DNA of 59,325 bases, counting the filler. It is 7 parts of 7 records of this genome, joined end to end, with 100 filler letters (N's around TTAATTAATTAA, not from the genome) between each part and the next. Parts side by side here need not be neighbours in the genome. Positions count along the whole stretch, not along the records: positions 53,596 to 59,325 come from SRR31156797_50401; 6 more parts are not named here. The stretch is one strand, 5' to 3'. Of this stretch, positions 58,076 through 59,325 are shown piece after piece. The notes beneath the pieces are model-generated. The model made no database searches. It had not been told where the DNA came from and saw only the letters and a list, made by a program, of their open reading frames with translations. The position numbers and the translations under genes were made by a program. Numbering within the stretch: position 1 is the stretch's first letter; each line of letters opens with the position of its first letter.

Positions 58076-59004
58076 ATGGATAAACAAAATTTAGATTGCC
58101 TCAAAGATTTGAAGAAAAAACTATTAGGTAGCAATTATATTACTGGAAAGAATAATTCTATCAAAAATATACTAATGGCAAAGGAAGGAAAATATTATCA
58201 GGATAAAGAAGGAAAAGTAATAAAAGGTCATATAGAAAAATATGGAGTAGTTGATAAGGCATTCGAAAAATTAACTGACGGAAAACCTATCGAACATACT
58301 GATGTATTGCACTCTTTCTGGCATACATATAAAGCATTGATGCAATTAGAAAGACCAGATTTATTTAGACCTTCAGGTTCTTTAAAAGAAGGCAATGTTA
58401 TATCTTTAGAAAAACCAGATACAATGAATCCACCTGAAATTGATAATCGTTTCCCACCACATGCTTCCGATAGTTATTCAGTTATTCACAAAAAATATAT
58501 TAAATACTATCAGCATTATTTTCCAGAGTATTTACCCAATGAGGTTCCTAAAAAATACACATGGATAGATTTTCTACTATACAACAATGATAAATTTAGT
58601 GAAGTATATGACAAGTATCCTAAACTAAAAGATTTTGCAAAATTAACTCATAGCATTGGAAATATTATTGTTGTGCCTAAAGGATTTAATACTGGTCGAG
58701 GAGCGAATGACTATGGAGATTTTGCATTAAAAAGTTTAAAGACATTTTTGGATTCATTTAACACTTGGGAAGATTATGTAACCCAGTTTCATTTAGAGTC
58801 GTTCTTAAATTCAGATGAAAATCAGAGTGAAAAATACTCTCCGATTTCATTATGGAATGGTCATTTAGAGGGAAAGGCAGGCTCTTTTCCAAAAATAAAA
58901 CTGAAATAAAAGAATTTCTAGAAATTGTAACAAGTTCTATTGAAGAAAGAGAAAAAATTCTATTAAAAAAAGTAAAAGATAAATCTTCAGAAATAGAAAA
59001 ATAG
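58076..59004 (+). CDS. Putative His-Me-finger-like nuclease (DUF6994/DUF1524-like); frame 0 stops at 58909, -1 frame continues to 59004
   Basis: SD AGGAG; HSIGNIIVVPKGFNTGRG..D motif; -1 frame encodes NKTEIKEFLEIVTSSIEEREKILLKKVKDKSSEIEK. Confidence 0.55.
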
Positions 59005-59100
59005 TCCATGCTAGATTTTTAAGTATGAATATTTTTAGATTTTTATAGAAAGTTATATCCAGCTAATATTTTCTTAAATATTTAATTAAATATTAATATA

Positions 59101-59325
59101 TCAACGATTTATTGACTTTACAGTTTAAATCCATAATAAAAAACACCTATCAGACAAAAATAAGCGTAGAATTACCCATAAAAAAAGTTTCGTTGCATCT
59201 GAGAGGTGTTTTTTTTAAAACACATTGAAAAATCGTTGATGTTACAGTAAGTTTGTATTTCTGTCAACAAGTATAAAACCCTTGATTTTACTGGCTTTTT
59301 TAAGGGTCATTTTTTAAGTGGTTTT
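59101..59325 (-). repeat. Right terminal inverted repeat
   Basis: Reverse complement of 53596-53820; ends exactly at the last base of the contig. Confidence 0.95.

Larger units (their letters stand above)
53596..59325. mobile_element. Putative small replicon/mobile element bounded by long inverted repeats (Firmicutes-like)
   Basis: Terminal inverted repeats; HTH + AEP Rep; palindromic origin-like region; accessory genes; very AT-rich. Confidence 0.7.

Noticed and set aside
53596-59325. Interpretation as an IS/composite transposon, retron, DGR or hairpin-telomere prophage
   Set aside because: No DDE/HUH transposase, reverse transcriptase or protelomerase motifs; the ends match each other rather than folding back on themselves.
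1-59325. tRNA/rRNA genes
   Set aside because: No cloverleaf or rRNA signature recognised by eye; a tRNAscan-SE/Infernal run would be needed to exclude them.

Overview
The window is not one genome region. It is seven unrelated contigs joined by six identical 100-nt artificial spacers (44 N + TTAATTAATTAA + 44 N). (1) 1-14742, GC-rich, Desulfobacterales-like: aldehyde:ferredoxin oxidoreductase, polyferredoxin, TetR, secreted proteins, a sigma54-driven PEP-CTERM lectin, UbiD, an M48 protease, MurJ and an AcuC/AcuB-like pair. (2) 14843-22485 and (3) 22586-29289, Phycisphaerae/Planctomycetota-like: flippase, IS66 remnant, fucosidases, CotH-LTD, hydrolases. (4) 29390-37696 and (6) 47217-53495, lower-GC uncultured-type bacteria: in-frame prfB, a giant Ig-repeat lipoprotein, a giant Cys-rich/LamG surface protein. 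(5) 37797-47116, Desulfobacterota-like: asnB, plsC, a histidine kinase with a degenerate ATP site, mtgA, mazG, cvpA, DUF4301, ftsH. (7) 53596-59325, a very AT-rich Firmicutes-like 5730-bp contig, is the most unusual part. Its ends form a ~225-bp gap-free inverted repeat (30 bp perfect, about 77% overall). It encodes an HTH protein and an AEP primase-type Rep, followed by a 204-bp nested palindrome and hairpin array (putative origin) and a frameshifted putative nuclease, but no recombinase, transposase, helicase or terminal protein. It is a candidate small linear replicon or trans-mobilised element. Taxonomic labels are inferences from composition and gene content only.
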